64,000 nucleotides of DNA from Oikopleura dioica (Eukaryota > Animalia > Chordata), in assembly GCA_907165135.1 (NCBI GenBank), contig OU015568.1:1860001-1924000 (forward strand). Direction: 5' to 3'. Every line of letters starts with the position of its first letter. Position 1 is the stretch's first letter. The notes beneath the pieces are model-generated. The model was not told the DNA's origin. It did no database searches and worked only from the letters and a program-made list of their open reading frames with translations. Both the position numbers and the translations under genes were made by a program. Below are positions 31,781 to 45,200 of this stretch, piece by piece.

Positions 31781-34700
31781 AAAACTTATAAAAAGGGATG
31801 AGTCTTTTTCCTTATAAATTTTGTTTTTTCTTTTCGGAAAAATATCTCGAGATCGTATTCAACCCTTTTCCTATCCTATAAGAAGGCTTGAAAGAGCCTT
31901 TCTTCGCTCCATCCATTCATGAGTCTGCCAGCTTGATCCCCCGCTGCGCTTCTCTTATCTTTATATTTACGTAATAATAAAAACTATTTTTTTTCGTTCT
32001 TGAGGTGGCGGAGAGGCGGTGAGGCTGGCGGGCTCGGGGATTGGCCCCCTGCTGCGCATTCTTATCGTAGGTACTCAGCATGACACCGCCGCCTCCTCCA
32101 GAAAAGCGCCCCCAGCACGGGCAATGATAAGAGCTTTACAAGAGCATCTGGGCGAGAAATATAAAATTTGGTCTTGTAAAATTGAATTATTAAATTTATT
32201 TGATAGATAATAATAAACTTTGCCGAATAAATTTGTTATTATTCATTATCAATTAAATAATATTAATATAAGATTCTTCAAATAAAAGTGTTCAAAAGAA
32301 AAAAATGCATTCACCTGGATTCAAAACTGTTTTATTCTTTCGAAATCTATTCAGAATCGTAGAATTCGGCTCTGGTTGTTGAGTTTGGTAAACGAACCTG
32401 CCTTCAAAATGAGAGATGTTCATTGAATGACCCTTATTAGCCTATTCAAAATCGAGAGAAGACGGATCGTTTTTTATTCCATCTCCCAAAAGAGGCTTTC
32501 GCGTTTTTCTTCTTTTGAAAGTTCAATGGCCTTCGAATACGGTAAAATTCATCTGTTTTTAAGTAAGAAGATATGGAAGAAACGATAGAAAAAATTATGG
32601 ACAGACTTTGTATTGGAAATAACGAAGCTAAGGGATGAAAAATGATGTTCTTGGCATTTGCGTCATTTTGCAGAAATGCGGGTCCAACGAAAAAGCGTCG
32701 GATAAATATTAATTCTTTCTAAAAATAAACTGACCGCTGTTTTGAGTCTATTCGCACCGGAGCGGATAAACCTCAATGAACAAAGAGGAAAAGCCGTTAT
32801 TGGACTTTCGTAAATTAAAAGATGAAAAACGAAGATATTTCAGGTGGCGGAGCAGAAACACGAGACTAGTCGCACTCGAGTGGTGACACTGTGTGGCTAT
32901 CAGAGCATGAAATTCGAAGTCTTGGTGTTCAAGGTCCCCATGTGCTCTTGAATTTTTGTTTCTAAAACAGCTGGAGCGCTCTTTTTGCGAAAAAAGCGAT
33001 GATAAGCAAAATTTTCCGTCTTTTAATCGCAATTATTGATGATTCACTTGTTCAATTAATTACGCTAAGTCTATTTTATTCTCGCAACAATTTATTTGAA
33101 ATATAAACGCATCGCGTCATGAGACTTGTTTACAAGGAAAACGCAGATCGCTCATTTAGCTGACAGTTTTTACGTGGACACACTTCGCCTTGTCATCATG
33201 TACGTCAGCCCCTTCTATTAACTTGTTCTTATCTCGATCCCTCACGACGCCACCACTTTTGCGTGAGTCATTCTTGCGCTATCTTATGACCAGTTGCTTC
33301 CAGGTTTAACCCTCTGACGCAAGAGCAGTTTTGTCGCGAGCTGGAATGGATGATTCAATTTGCTTGATGGAGGATCATTTTAAAATTGACAATTTTGAAA
33401 CAATCATTTCTTACGTCAGTTAATTTCGAAAAAGCGCCCCCTGAGAAATCAACAGCACGATCTTTTTTCTCAGAACTGACCTATTTATGACAGCTTTGGA
33501 TTTGAAACCTTATAAGTTTGTTATTTTTGGCATTCTGAAGAAGAAATACAAGTGATATTTATAAGATGATGATAGTATATGGTATACAGTATACCGTATA
33601 CTCTATATCAGAGTAAAAACTACAGGTTGAGCTTTAAAATGAAAGAGATACTTTTTGATCGTCAACATTCTTCTGCAAATATTTTCCCAGATTTTCTGCC
33701 AAAATATTTTTTATGGTGCGCTTATTGTTATTATATTATTTTTTTTCGAAATTTCAAATTTAAGAAAATTTTTTCCAAAAAATTTTGAAAAGTCATTTTT
33801 GGTGTTTTAGTTGCTCCCAAAGTTTCAAACTCAGACACAGTATTTACCAGTGTAAATAGTCTTATTAGATGAAAATTTGGTCAATTTTTCTAGCTTAGTT
33901 GAGGTCATATGGCACAGATTCTAGATAAATATCAATTTTTCTCCTTAAGGGACCCGGTTAGGCAACGCCAAGCTCAACTTCACGCGCCCGCCGTAACTCT
34001 TGTGAATAAGATTTTTCAGAAATTCTTATATATATAATATGCAATGGTATCCCTCTTTTTTTTGTTCTGAAGAACTTTTCTTGATGATTTCGATAAAAGA
34101 CTTTGAGTTACGTGAGGCAAAGAAGTATCCCTGAGTACAGACTGACTCGTTTATATATCCAAGCTTTTCATCAAAAAAGAGACTTCAAGATCAGACGATC
34201 ATCAAAGAAGAACCACGCGCTGGGCAGAAACACTCGATTCGCGTGGGCCTCGCTGATCATGAAAACGAGCGTGAGAGGGCGCGCGAGAGTACTCTAGCCC
34301 AGCGCTTAGGGATGACGGACCCAGTCTCTTTAAGTTAAAAACCTTCACTTCGTGAGAGTCCGTCCTCTACGAGTGAAATAGTAAGTACTTAAAAACGCAA
34401 ACAACAAATAGAGATACCGTCTTTAAATACAAGATTATGAGAGAGAATATTTGTTTCCAAACTTTTTTTTGAATTTGTAAAATATCTAAAATATGGAATA
34501 TATTTTGATATGAGTTCGGGTTAGGGCAAACCAAAATGGTTAGGGTAAGCGTTTGGTTTATTTTAGTGAAGATTTTTGATCAGAAAAATGAAAAATTGAC
34601 GAAAATTTGGCTTTCATCAGATTAACAAATAAAAGAATCTCTTGGAAATTTCTTTCATTGAAATTGAACTACAGACGTCTAGCTCAATTACTGTAATTTG

Positions 34701-35383
34701 AATTCGTAGCTTCTCAAAATTATCTTGACGTAGAATGAACTAACAATCCAATTATCCAATTTTCTGGAGCGGAGGAGCGAGGGAGCGCGAAAAAAAGCTA
34801 ATTACGGATTTTTTTGAAATGAAAAATTCACGATTTCGCGTTGAAAATGAACGTTTCTCGCGGGCTCTAGAAAATTCAAGAGCCACTCGTAGCAACATTT
34901 CTAAAATAGGGATTTTACGTCATGAGCTCTTTTCTTATCAAATTTGTGCCCACACGGCAATGCATAAAGGTGGACGGCACCACCGCCAGCGCTTGTACGT
35001 GGGCACCAGAAATCAAGATTGAGGTGTAGTGAATTATAGAGTTGAACGTGTGGTGTGGTAGTTTAGAGTGAGAGTCTAGTGAAACTTTGCCTGGGTTGCT
35101 TCTCGGAATGATCGTAGCGGGCGGGGTTTTCTTTAGGGGCTCAATTCAATTTCAGACGGGAAAATAAACGGGCGCTAGAATCTTATAAATCCGGTCTATT
35201 TTCTTAATTCGACCCTTTTTACTAAGGAAACCGTTGTTCTTTCAAGTCGATATTATTAATAAGTTATTAAATATTATTGTTTAATTAATATAGTTTCTGA
35301 TATTTTCTTTTTATTAAATATACCTTTTCGTGTGCGTAATAAATTATTACTAATAATTTCTTTTCAGCAAGAAGAGCCAAACA

Positions 35384-38270
35384 ATGAAGGCTCTTTCCCT
35401 CGCCAGCTGCCTCTTGGCCAGCGCCAGTGGCCTCGAATTTGGAGGGTCTGACACGACCGAAACCCTCCTCTTATGGCAGGTCCTCAAGTCCGGTGGAGAC
35501 ATGGGCGTTCAACAGACTATGATGCCCCTTTTGATGAAGAATCTCATGGGTATGCTTTTTTCTATATCAGTCAGATTTATTCAATTCTAATTTAGACGAC
35601 TCCACCTCCGACAATGACGACGATGAGCTCCAACAAATGCTCCTCATGGGCTCTTTCTCCAACCCAGAAATGCAGTCTTGGCTTCCATTCATTCTCGGCT
35701 CGGATAAAAGAACCACCACAGACAAGCTTCTCCTCATGCAGTACCTCCAGATGGCTGAGAACCAAGGTAAAGTCACTTTTGTTTTCGTCTCAACTTACAT
35801 CCTTTCAAGGTCTCCAGGGAATGAGCGAACTCTACCCCTTGATGATGATGAACGAAGACCGATACTGCGATAAGAACGGTATCATCTGTGAATGTAAAGA
35901 GTCCAAAGCCGATTCTCTTCTAAAAATCATGCTTTTGACTGGCGGCTCTTTCCTTGGCAACTCGCCCCAACAGAATCTCTTTTTCCTCCTCTTCAACGAC
36001 GAAGATGGATGTACATGTACCATGGAAGATGGAAGCGGAGAACAACAATGTACCGAGGATGAAGTTAAAGGTAATTTATAACCAATTTTCAAATTTTCTT
36101 ACTCTATTCAGGAATTGACCCAATGATGATGTATTTCATGATGTCTGCCATCCCCACTCCACTTCAAAACCAACCAGAATTCGTCCCAAGATCCTTCGGA
36201 TTCGACACCAAGCAGCTTTTGATGAGCCAGATGGCTGGTCTCCCACAGGTAAAAGCATCTATCACCTAATCTATTCCTAATCTGTCTTCAGGAATACCAG
36301 TACCTTATGAACGTCGACGGTGCCAGCCGACGAGAACTCATGAAGCTCCAGCTTTACCAAACCATCGGAGTTCCACCAGCACTTATTGAGCTCTTTTCTG
36401 CCAAGGCTTCCGGACAGCCTCTTCAGCCATGTAATTAATCTCCCCTCCATTCCATTTTTTCATTCTTCAATTCAGCCGACAAGTACAACATGATCCAGTG
36501 GATCTTCCCCGATCAAGAGCTCGCCCCCGAAATCACCGCCCTCATGATGGGTGTCAGCGGAGCCAAGGAATTCTACATCTCCTCGCTTCTCAGCTCCAAC
36601 CAGATCCCAGAAATCACTGGTATCCTCATGATGGCTGTTGCCGACAATGCTCCTGCTACTGAAATCAAGGCCGTCCTCACCCAAGTCGCTTCTGGACAGC
36701 TCAACCCTGAGCAGTTCCATGTCATCAACAAGCCATTTGTTCCAGAGCTCCCAGTTGGTATCTATCCCGGACAGGTATAAAAACCCCATTTTAGTCCCAC
36801 TTTAACAAGTATCCAAGGAACTTTTCTTCATCCACATCCATCTCCTCGGACTCGATACCTGTGCCATGCACGACCTCAAGAACCGATACCCGTGCCAAAA
36901 GAACCAGTACGGCGGACGAGGTATATTAAACAAAATCAAAAACTCTTTTCAACCGAAATTTTAAAGGCCCACTCAACGCTGAACAATGTGAAATCGCCCC
37001 ATACTGCTGCTGGAATCCCGTTCAGCTCAGCGACAGTCAAGTTAGCGCTTTGACCGATGGTGAGATCACCAAGGCCTCCAATGTCCCATGGTGCTACTAC
37101 AATGTCTTCTTCATCTTCCACGACCAATACAAACTCAAGGTAAGATGATCTTATATCTACATTCATAAAATAATAAATTTTTCAGGTTGCTCGACCAATC
37201 AAGGCTCAAAACATTCAAACACCCGCCGTCAGAAAATTGAAAGTGAGCTGGACTGACGCTGGCACAGGAGAAACAAAGTGGGCCCTTGTGCAGCTTGGTG
37301 CTGGCGGAACTGCTGCCGATCTTACTTGCAAAAATCTCATTGTTGATACCAACGGCGAGGCAACAGACCTTGATGATGGAACAGCCTGTAGTACTGCGAA
37401 CATTGTTCTTCCAGGCGGCATTACTGGTCCTTTCCTTGCTCCCCCAAAATTGGTTGAAATGGTCAAAGCTAAATATAACCGAGAGGAAGCTCTCTGGAAC
37501 ACTGCCTTTGCTCCTCCAGCTCAATGCCCAGGACTCTTCCGATATGGTAACAAACTTCCAACTTTTATTTAATTTTAACCAATTTTAAGGTCTTCAACTC
37601 GACCCCATCGTCTACGCTCGATCTGTTGCGAACCCACTTACTGGTCTTGCCGCAGTCAACACCAACTCCGCCATCAGAGCTCTTCTCAACGAGCGAACAG
37701 ACTGTGGCTTCCCCGGTATTCCAAAATTCCAGTGCGTCGCCATCCGAGGTTGCTGCTGGGACGAAGCCGTCTACAACCCCGCCTACAAGATCCCACAGTG
37801 CTACAAGCCAATCGATCTCGTCCCCGCTTCCGTGTTCAAGATTGTCGAGCCACCAGCAGAACTCCGACCAGTCGCCGGAGAGTGCAACACCAACTTCTTC
37901 CGAGTCCCACAACTCTACTACGAGCGAGAAGCTTGCAACTACGACTTCGATATGTACAAGTACGGCGGTATCGAGGGCAACAAGACTCCCCTCGATCCCC
38001 CTACTCTCAACGACTGCATCTTCAAACTCGGCTGCTGCTGGGAAGATGATGAAGAAATCGTCCGAAAATACGAGTGAGTAACATATGATTCATATGATAT
38101 GAATGATAAAACTTCCAATTTGTGGAAACAGTTGTCTAACATTGTATTCTAGCTGGGTCCCACGATGCTACAAGCGACAGCGATCCCAAACTGGTGTCGA
38201 AACCGCTGTTCCACTCGACTTGGATGTCAACCAGCTCGTTGCTCGCGCTGCTGATCTCGGCGACAACTAA
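35384..38270 (+). CDS. Secreted Met/Leu/Gln-rich protein with three trefoil (P-type) domains
   Basis: Signal peptide and many GT-AG introns. Trefoil-like units CAMHDLKNRYPC...QCEIAPYCCW...PWCY, CGFPGIPKFQCVAIRGCCW...PQCY and EAC...DCIFKLGCCW...PRCY. Confidence 0.85.
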
Positions 38271-39287
38271 ACACCACGGCTTTTAAATTCCCCATTTTAT
38301 TTAACACTTCCCCCATTTCCCCAACTTATGATGACTCAAACAAGTTTTTTGGATATTGAAAACTCCAAAAACAAAACAAAGCATGAACAACGAACTCTGT
38401 CTTAACGAGGCGAGAGAAATTCGAGAGAGAGAGAATCCTATCATCGTTTATGAATGATAAGTAAAGATCCGCAGGCACTTGCTTCGGGCGATGTCAAAAG
38501 CGGCCTTGGGCACGCGTTTGTTCTGAAAAACCTGATTCGACCCGGATTCGTCAACATCCGACAGGCACAGTTCGGGATGAGCTCGGGGACTTCTGAATCC
38601 AGGGTTTTTCAGCAACTCTAAGCTGCGCTTTTGCCGCAAGAACCGCGATTGGCCATTGCAGAGGCAAGCCGCAGATCGAAAAAACTTGCTTTTGAAATAT
38701 CGAAAATTAACTTTTCGTTCAAAAGTTCTATCTAACGTAAAACTGACATACAATTGAAAAATAACCGATTAAACCTTTTTCGAAGCAACTGTCAGATCAT
38801 CTCACTGTAACTACTTGCCACGTTGGGAACATACAGGTGGCAGCGTTCAAACGCAAGCCCTGGGCCAGTGGCAAGTTTTCTTATTTTGTTCTATTCTCAT
38901 TTACTGTTAATTGAACTAACAAATCTTGCTCTTTTCACATGCCATGTCGATTTTTAACTGACGAAGACTGAAATATTTTTGTCAACAATTAATAAAATTA
39001 ACAAACCAAAATTATGAAAATTTGTTGGAGAAAAAAAATTTGATGCTCAAATGGACTTATGAAAATACCTTCTAAGGACAGTTATATAATCTGTTTTGAA
39101 GTCAAAGCACCAAATTTGGCAAGCATACATCGTGGGGCGGAGGCTCGGAATTACTAGATCGTCATTTTTGGTTGTTTTCCCAATATTAATATTGATCAAA
39201 TCGGCAACCGAGATCTCAGATCGGAAACCGAGATCAACAAAGAAAAATCTCATCGAGGCTCATTTTCCCAGCAAGAACTGGCTCAAA

Positions 39288-42200
39288 ATGGCATTGAGAC
39301 TTGACGGAAAAGCGATTTCCGCGGAAATACGAGAAAATTTGAGGCAACAGGTTGAGAAGATAAGAGAGAGTGATGAGAGTTTTCGACCGGGACTGGCGAT
39401 TGTTCAAGAAAAAGGGTCTACCAACGCTAAATTATCAAGTTTTTCAATATGTTTTCAAATAAAAATCCTTCAAAAAGTCGGCGACAGAGAAGATTCTAAT
39501 GTCTATATCCGAATGAAACTCAGAGGAGCAAAGGAAATAGGCATGAATGCTGAGCATATCAAGCTCCCAAGGTTGGTTTAAAATTGAAAATTTCAAAAGT
39601 CAACTCGTAAGAGCGAAATCCGCTTGTTACGCAAAATTCTTGCAGACGAATTTCCAGCTAGACCTCTTCTGGAAAAGCGTGAAACTTTGTTACCTCAAGT
39701 TATTGCCATATTTAGCTAGTGACCATAAATTGATTCTTACGTAACTATCGTCGATGTTTTTTCAGAGACATCACCGAGGACGACCTGATTGCCAAGCTAA
39801 AGTTGCTCAACTCTGATGATTCTGTCGACGGAATCATCCTTCAACTCCCTCTCGACTCGTCCAATGGAATTGACGGAGAAAAGGTGACGGAGGAAATTTC
39901 GGAATGGAAAGATGTCGATGGGTTGACAACGATGACAGCTGGAAAATTGGCGCGAGGAGAGAAGGATATCTTCGTCCCTTGTACTCCTAAGGGTTGTATG
40001 GAACTGATCAACCGGGCGAACATGAAAACTACTGGGAAACGAGCGGTAGTTTTAGGCAGGAGCAAGATTGTCGGGACGCCGATGTCAGGAAGGGGTCATT
40101 TTGGAAATCATAATGTTCATTTTTTCCAAGGATTTAGGATTTTTATACCCACTTATACTCTGAAATTAAATATTAAGAAGCAAAAGATATTTTGTTTCAA
40201 ACCTGAGTTCGAATTCTATAAGCTAATAAATGATTTATTAGTATTAATGACGCGCTTTTTTTAAGGTTGGGCAAGTTATTTCACCCACATCTTGATTTTA
40301 AACCGTGGAACACCATACATATTTGGAATCAGCAGGATATTTTAAGAACTTTGACGGTTTTAGTTTCCAAAATTTCCACTTCCGGTCCGATTCTAGAGCC
40401 GGAAGTTGACGAAATTTTTGAGTTTGGCCAACTTGTGACCTATCAAATTGATTCTCAGACAATTTTCTATCATCTGAGAGAAGAATCAATGCCGACCGCG
40501 GTCAAATCAACCGCTAAAAACTGAAAGAAAAATCAGAAATTTATGCCTTTTTTCCTAGTTTTGCCGGTCGGTTTGACTGCGGTTGGGACGGTTTTTTTTA
40601 ATGATTTTAAAATGAGTTTACTCAAAATTTTCTGAGCATCAATTTGATAGGTCACAAGTTGGCCAAACTCAAAAATTTCGTCAACTTCCGGCTCTAGAAT
40701 CGGACCGGAAGTGGAAATTTTGGAAACTAAAACCGTCAAAGTTCTTAAAATTTCCTGCTGATTCCAAATATGTATGGCGTTCCAGGGTCTAAAATAAAGA
40801 AGTGGGTGAAATAACTTGCCCAACCTTAAAAAAAGCGCGTCAATGAAACCCTCCATGTTCTTAACCCTCATAAGACTTGCTAAAATGGGCAAATGCGACG
40901 GTCACGTGTTGCCACTCCAAAACAGAGGTAGGTGGTACCAAAATTCTTAGCGCGATTTCCTTATTCTTGATTTTTGACACGCCTACTTTCTGTCTTATCT
41001 CGCGAGTAGTAAACAAGAGACGCTATAAAATCAAGAGTTAATGACATCAAACTTAAGAACTTGGAAGAAATCTGCAGACAAGCAGATATACTCGTCGCTG
41101 CTGTTGGTAAGCCAGGTTTAGTAAAGAAAAGCTGGTTAAAAGAAGGAGCAGTGGTGATTGATTGCGGAATCAATCCTATTCCAGGCAGAGGGAAAATTAT
41201 CTAGCGCAAACTAGTTCGGAAAAGGCATTTGTTAAATCCCCTTCGAAAGAAAGTACAAAGAAATCTGGCCAGAGATTGGTTGGTGATGTCGATCCGGAGT
41301 GCTTTGAAACTGCATCTGCTATGACTCCAGTTCCTGGTGGTGTTGGACCGATGACTGTTGCCATGCTGCTGAAAAATACTTGCGAAGGAAGGGGTAAAAT
41401 TTAAAAACCATAAAGAAAAGGAGCCTTTGAAAACCCTGCACTTTATTCTCTTTTACTTAATTGAACAAACTACAAAATGATAGCATTTCGAGCAGGGTTC
41501 TAAATCGACTAGTCGAGTTTCGACTAAAGTCGAAGTCGAGTCGAGTCTTAGTCGAAAAGACTAGCTCGACTCGACTTGGTTGCTTGTGAGAAAAAGTCGA
41601 CTCGACTCGACTAGAAAATCATATTGATGTCGACTTAATTTCGACTAGTCGAATAAGTCGAAAAAGAAGTTCAAGATGTAGTCGAAAAAGTCGAAAATCA
41701 AGTCGAAAAAGTCGAAAATTGAGTCGAAAAAGTCGAAAATTTAGACGAATAAGTCGAATTGAAAAGTCGAAAACATTCGGCAGTGAACTCAAATCTTTTC
41801 TAGATTTTATAAAAATAGGAAGAATTTTCTGAAGATATCATATTTCTTATTTTTTAGAAGCGCTCCATCAGTCGCCATCCTTCTTTTTACCTCGCGCACC
41901 CTTGTTCGCTCCTCCTCACCCATTTATCCCTTGCTCGCCGCGAGACCGCCAAAGCCTAGCTCGGATTGGGTCGCTCTTACTTTTCATTAAGCTTTCCATA
42001 AAGAACAATATTTTCGATTTTCATGAATATTTTGACAGCAACTAAGCTTGATTGTGTGACTTCATATGTACATTTTTGCTCAAAGTAGTCGGATCTTCAA
42101 GTTCAGGCTGGTTCTTTTAACAAAGGCCGCGGAAATCCCCCGTAAACAATGCAAAGAGCTTATTTCACCCTAGCCTTCTTGGTAACTCAGATTTATCCGT

Positions 42201-45200
42201 TAACTCTTTCGAGAAATCTCAATAAATGAATTTTGAGAAAAAAAGCATGAGATTTTTAATGAAGACAGTCTCAAAGTTTCAATCCAAGTTTAATCTCAAG
42301 CCTTCTTGCGGGGCTTCAAGAGCGAACAAGAGATAACACTGAGAAAGGTGGGCGAGCAAAGGTGCGCCGTCGAAAGCAAGGAGGGCGAACAAGGGGGCGT
42401 AGAAAGCAAAAGAAGGAAAGCGACCAAGGAAACTTTGGTGACAAAAAATGAGCAAAAGGGGGGTCTTGTTGGAGTTTAACCGCGTGGGACGAGTCGTATA
42501 TTCGAATGTCATTTAAGACTTTAGGGGCCCGGTATTCCGAAACTATAAATCCGATAACTTTGAAATTTTAAATTAAGGTTGATTCATGCTCTCTCAGTAA
42601 TTTGTGCAAATGTGGAAGTTTTATCACGGCTCAGTTGCACCTGACACGGGATTAAGTCTGGCCTACTCGAGCGCCCGCTGAGACTTTTACTGTAAAAACG
42701 AACCAATTTGTTTGTTTGAAATATTTAGGCAACTTTAATCTATATTTTTGATGGAATTTCATCAACTGTAACTTCTTTCGAGTGAAAAGAGCACGGAAGA
42801 TGAGAATTAAAGTTTCTCACCTTCATACCTTCTCAAAAATAAGTATTTCTGACGAAACCAAAAACTGAATTCTGACATCAGCAAATGAAAAAGCACATGA
42901 AAATTAGTTTTTCTGATCTCGACTTTTCGACTTTTTATTCGACTTTCGACTTTTTCGACTTATTCGACTTCGTCTCGACTTTTTCGACTTAATTTCTAAT
43001 TTTTTAGAAAATTTTCGACTTTTCGACTAATTAGTCGAATTAGTCGACTCGACTCGACTCGACTCGACTTAGGAGTTTCACAAAGTCTTTCGACTCGACT
43101 CGACTCGACTAGGGATTTTTTGAGTGACGAGCGACTCGACTCGACTCGACTTTTGATTTTGGGCTCAGATTTAGAACCCTGATTTCGAGATTCGAAAGAT
43201 AGTGTTTACTCCAAAAAAGCAAGTTTCAAACGACATGCCTCGCTGATGCGCCTTACCGGCCATGTCGGCCCCTCTGACTGGAACTTGACGAAACTGCCAC
43301 TTACTCTCCTCCGTCCAGTCCCATCCGACATCGATATCGCCCGTGCTCAGCATCCCAAGTACATCCGAACACTTGCCCTTGAATGCGGCATTCTGGAGAC
43401 GGAACTTCTTCAATATGGAAACACAAAAGCTAAGGTCTCGCTAAAAGTTCTCGATCGACTCCAAGATTCTTCACCAGGAAAATACGTTGTTGTCGGAGGA
43501 ATAACTCCAACTCCTCTTGGTGAAGGAAAATCAACAACGACGATTGGCCTCGCTCAGGCGTTAGGAGCGCATTTGGATAAAAACTGCTTCGCGTGCGTTC
43601 GTCAGCCTTCGCAAGGCCCTACATTCGGCATCAAGGGCGGTGCAGCTGGCGGTGGCTACTCCCAAGTCATTCCCATGGACGAATTCAACCTCCACCTCAC
43701 CGGTGACATCCACGCCATCACAGCCGCCAACAACCTCCTCGCCGCGGCCATCGACACGAGAATCTTTCACGAAGCAACTCAACCCGACGAAGCACTGTTC
43801 CGCAGATTGACGACAGATAAATCGAACAAAGTTCGTTTCTCACAAGTTCAGCTCGATCGACTGAGTCGGCTTGGCATCGCGAAATCTGATCCAAATGAGC
43901 TTACGGCTGAGGAGAGGGTTCAATTTGCGAGGCTCGATATTGACCCGGAGCAGGTGATGTGGAATCGAGTTTTGGATGTTAATGATAGGAAAAGGGTTAC
44001 AGAATCTTATATAATCAACGGTATGATACAATTTGGGTATTTTTGACTGTAAATACTGTATCAAATCACTAACCATCAAAAAGATATCTCCGAAAAATCA
44101 CCGTCGGTCAATCTCCCACCGAGAAGAATATCTCCCGAGAAACAAATTTCGACATTTCAGTCGCTTCCGAAATCATGGCGATTCTAGCGCTCGCCACCTC
44201 CCTCAAAGACATGCGAGAGCGACTGGGAAAAATGGTCGTAGCTCTTGACAAGAAAGGAAAACCAGTGATTGCTGATGATCTTGGAATCGGCGGAGCTCTG
44301 ACAGTTTTGATGAAAGATGCGTTGATGCCGAATTTGATGCAGACTTTGGAGGGAACTCCTGTTTTTGTTCATGCAGGGCCCTTTGCGAACATCGCTCATG
44401 GGAATTCTTCGATTCTTGCAGACGCCATTGCGCTCAAACTTGTCGGAGAAGATGGAATCGTCGTCACCGAGGCTGGTTTTGGCAGCGATATTGGAATGGA
44501 AAAGGAAGGGGGATAGACAGAAAGGATACTAGAATAAATAAAAAGAGAATAAGACCTATCCAGATTCCAGTTTTTCAACATCAAATGTCGCGCTTCAGGC
44601 TTGAAACCCGACGCAGCAGTAATTGTTGCTACAATCAGAGCGCTCAAGATGCATGGTGGAGGATCTCCCGTCGCTCCTGGCCGCCCTCTTGCCGATGTAA
44701 ATCCACTAGAAATTTCAAATATAGAATTTTTTAGGAATACAAATCGGAGAATGTGGAACTCGTCGAAAAAGGCTTCTCGAATCTGAAAAAGCAAATTGAA
44801 AATGGCGTTTCCTTCGGAGTCCCTGTCGTTGTTGCTATCAATACGTTTTCGAGCGATACAAAGGCGGAAATTGAGAAATTAATGGAGCTTTCTCACGCTG
44901 CAGGAGCTAGTGAAGCGGTTGTTTGCTCTCATTGGGCTGACGGCGGCGCTGGAGCTACAGGTTCTTTTGCAATAAAATACGGGTTGAATAAATCGAAACT
45001 TAAGATTTGGCGAAGGCAGTTGTAAAAGTCACCCAAGAACCATCCAATTTCAAGTTTTTGTATCCACTAGAAGACTCGATCGAAGACAAAATTCGAAGCA
45101 TCGCGCAAAATATCTACGGCGCCGACGACGTTTCATTTACTGAAGAATGCGCCGAGAAAATCAGAGTGTTTACTGAAGAGGGATTCGGAAATCTTCCCAT

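Noticed and set aside
32160-34330. Scattered possible exons and an RFX-like half site (GGTTAGGCAAC ~33957)
   Set aside because: They could not be assembled into a supported model, and a single half site is too weak.
38448-38753. 101-aa minus-strand ORF between the trefoil gene and MTHFD1
   Set aside because: No recognisable motifs, splice partners or start context.
40267-40892. Two ORFs (40267+ and 40533-) encoding nearly the same peptide
   Set aside because: They are the mirror arms of a foldback MITE inside an intron, not genes.
41500-43160. GTCGA/TCGAC arrays (and CCAATTGG arrays at 47900-48500) as CRISPR or satellite
   Set aside because: No constant-length repeats with unique spacers. 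They are subterminal motifs of TIR elements with TSDs in a eukaryotic genome.
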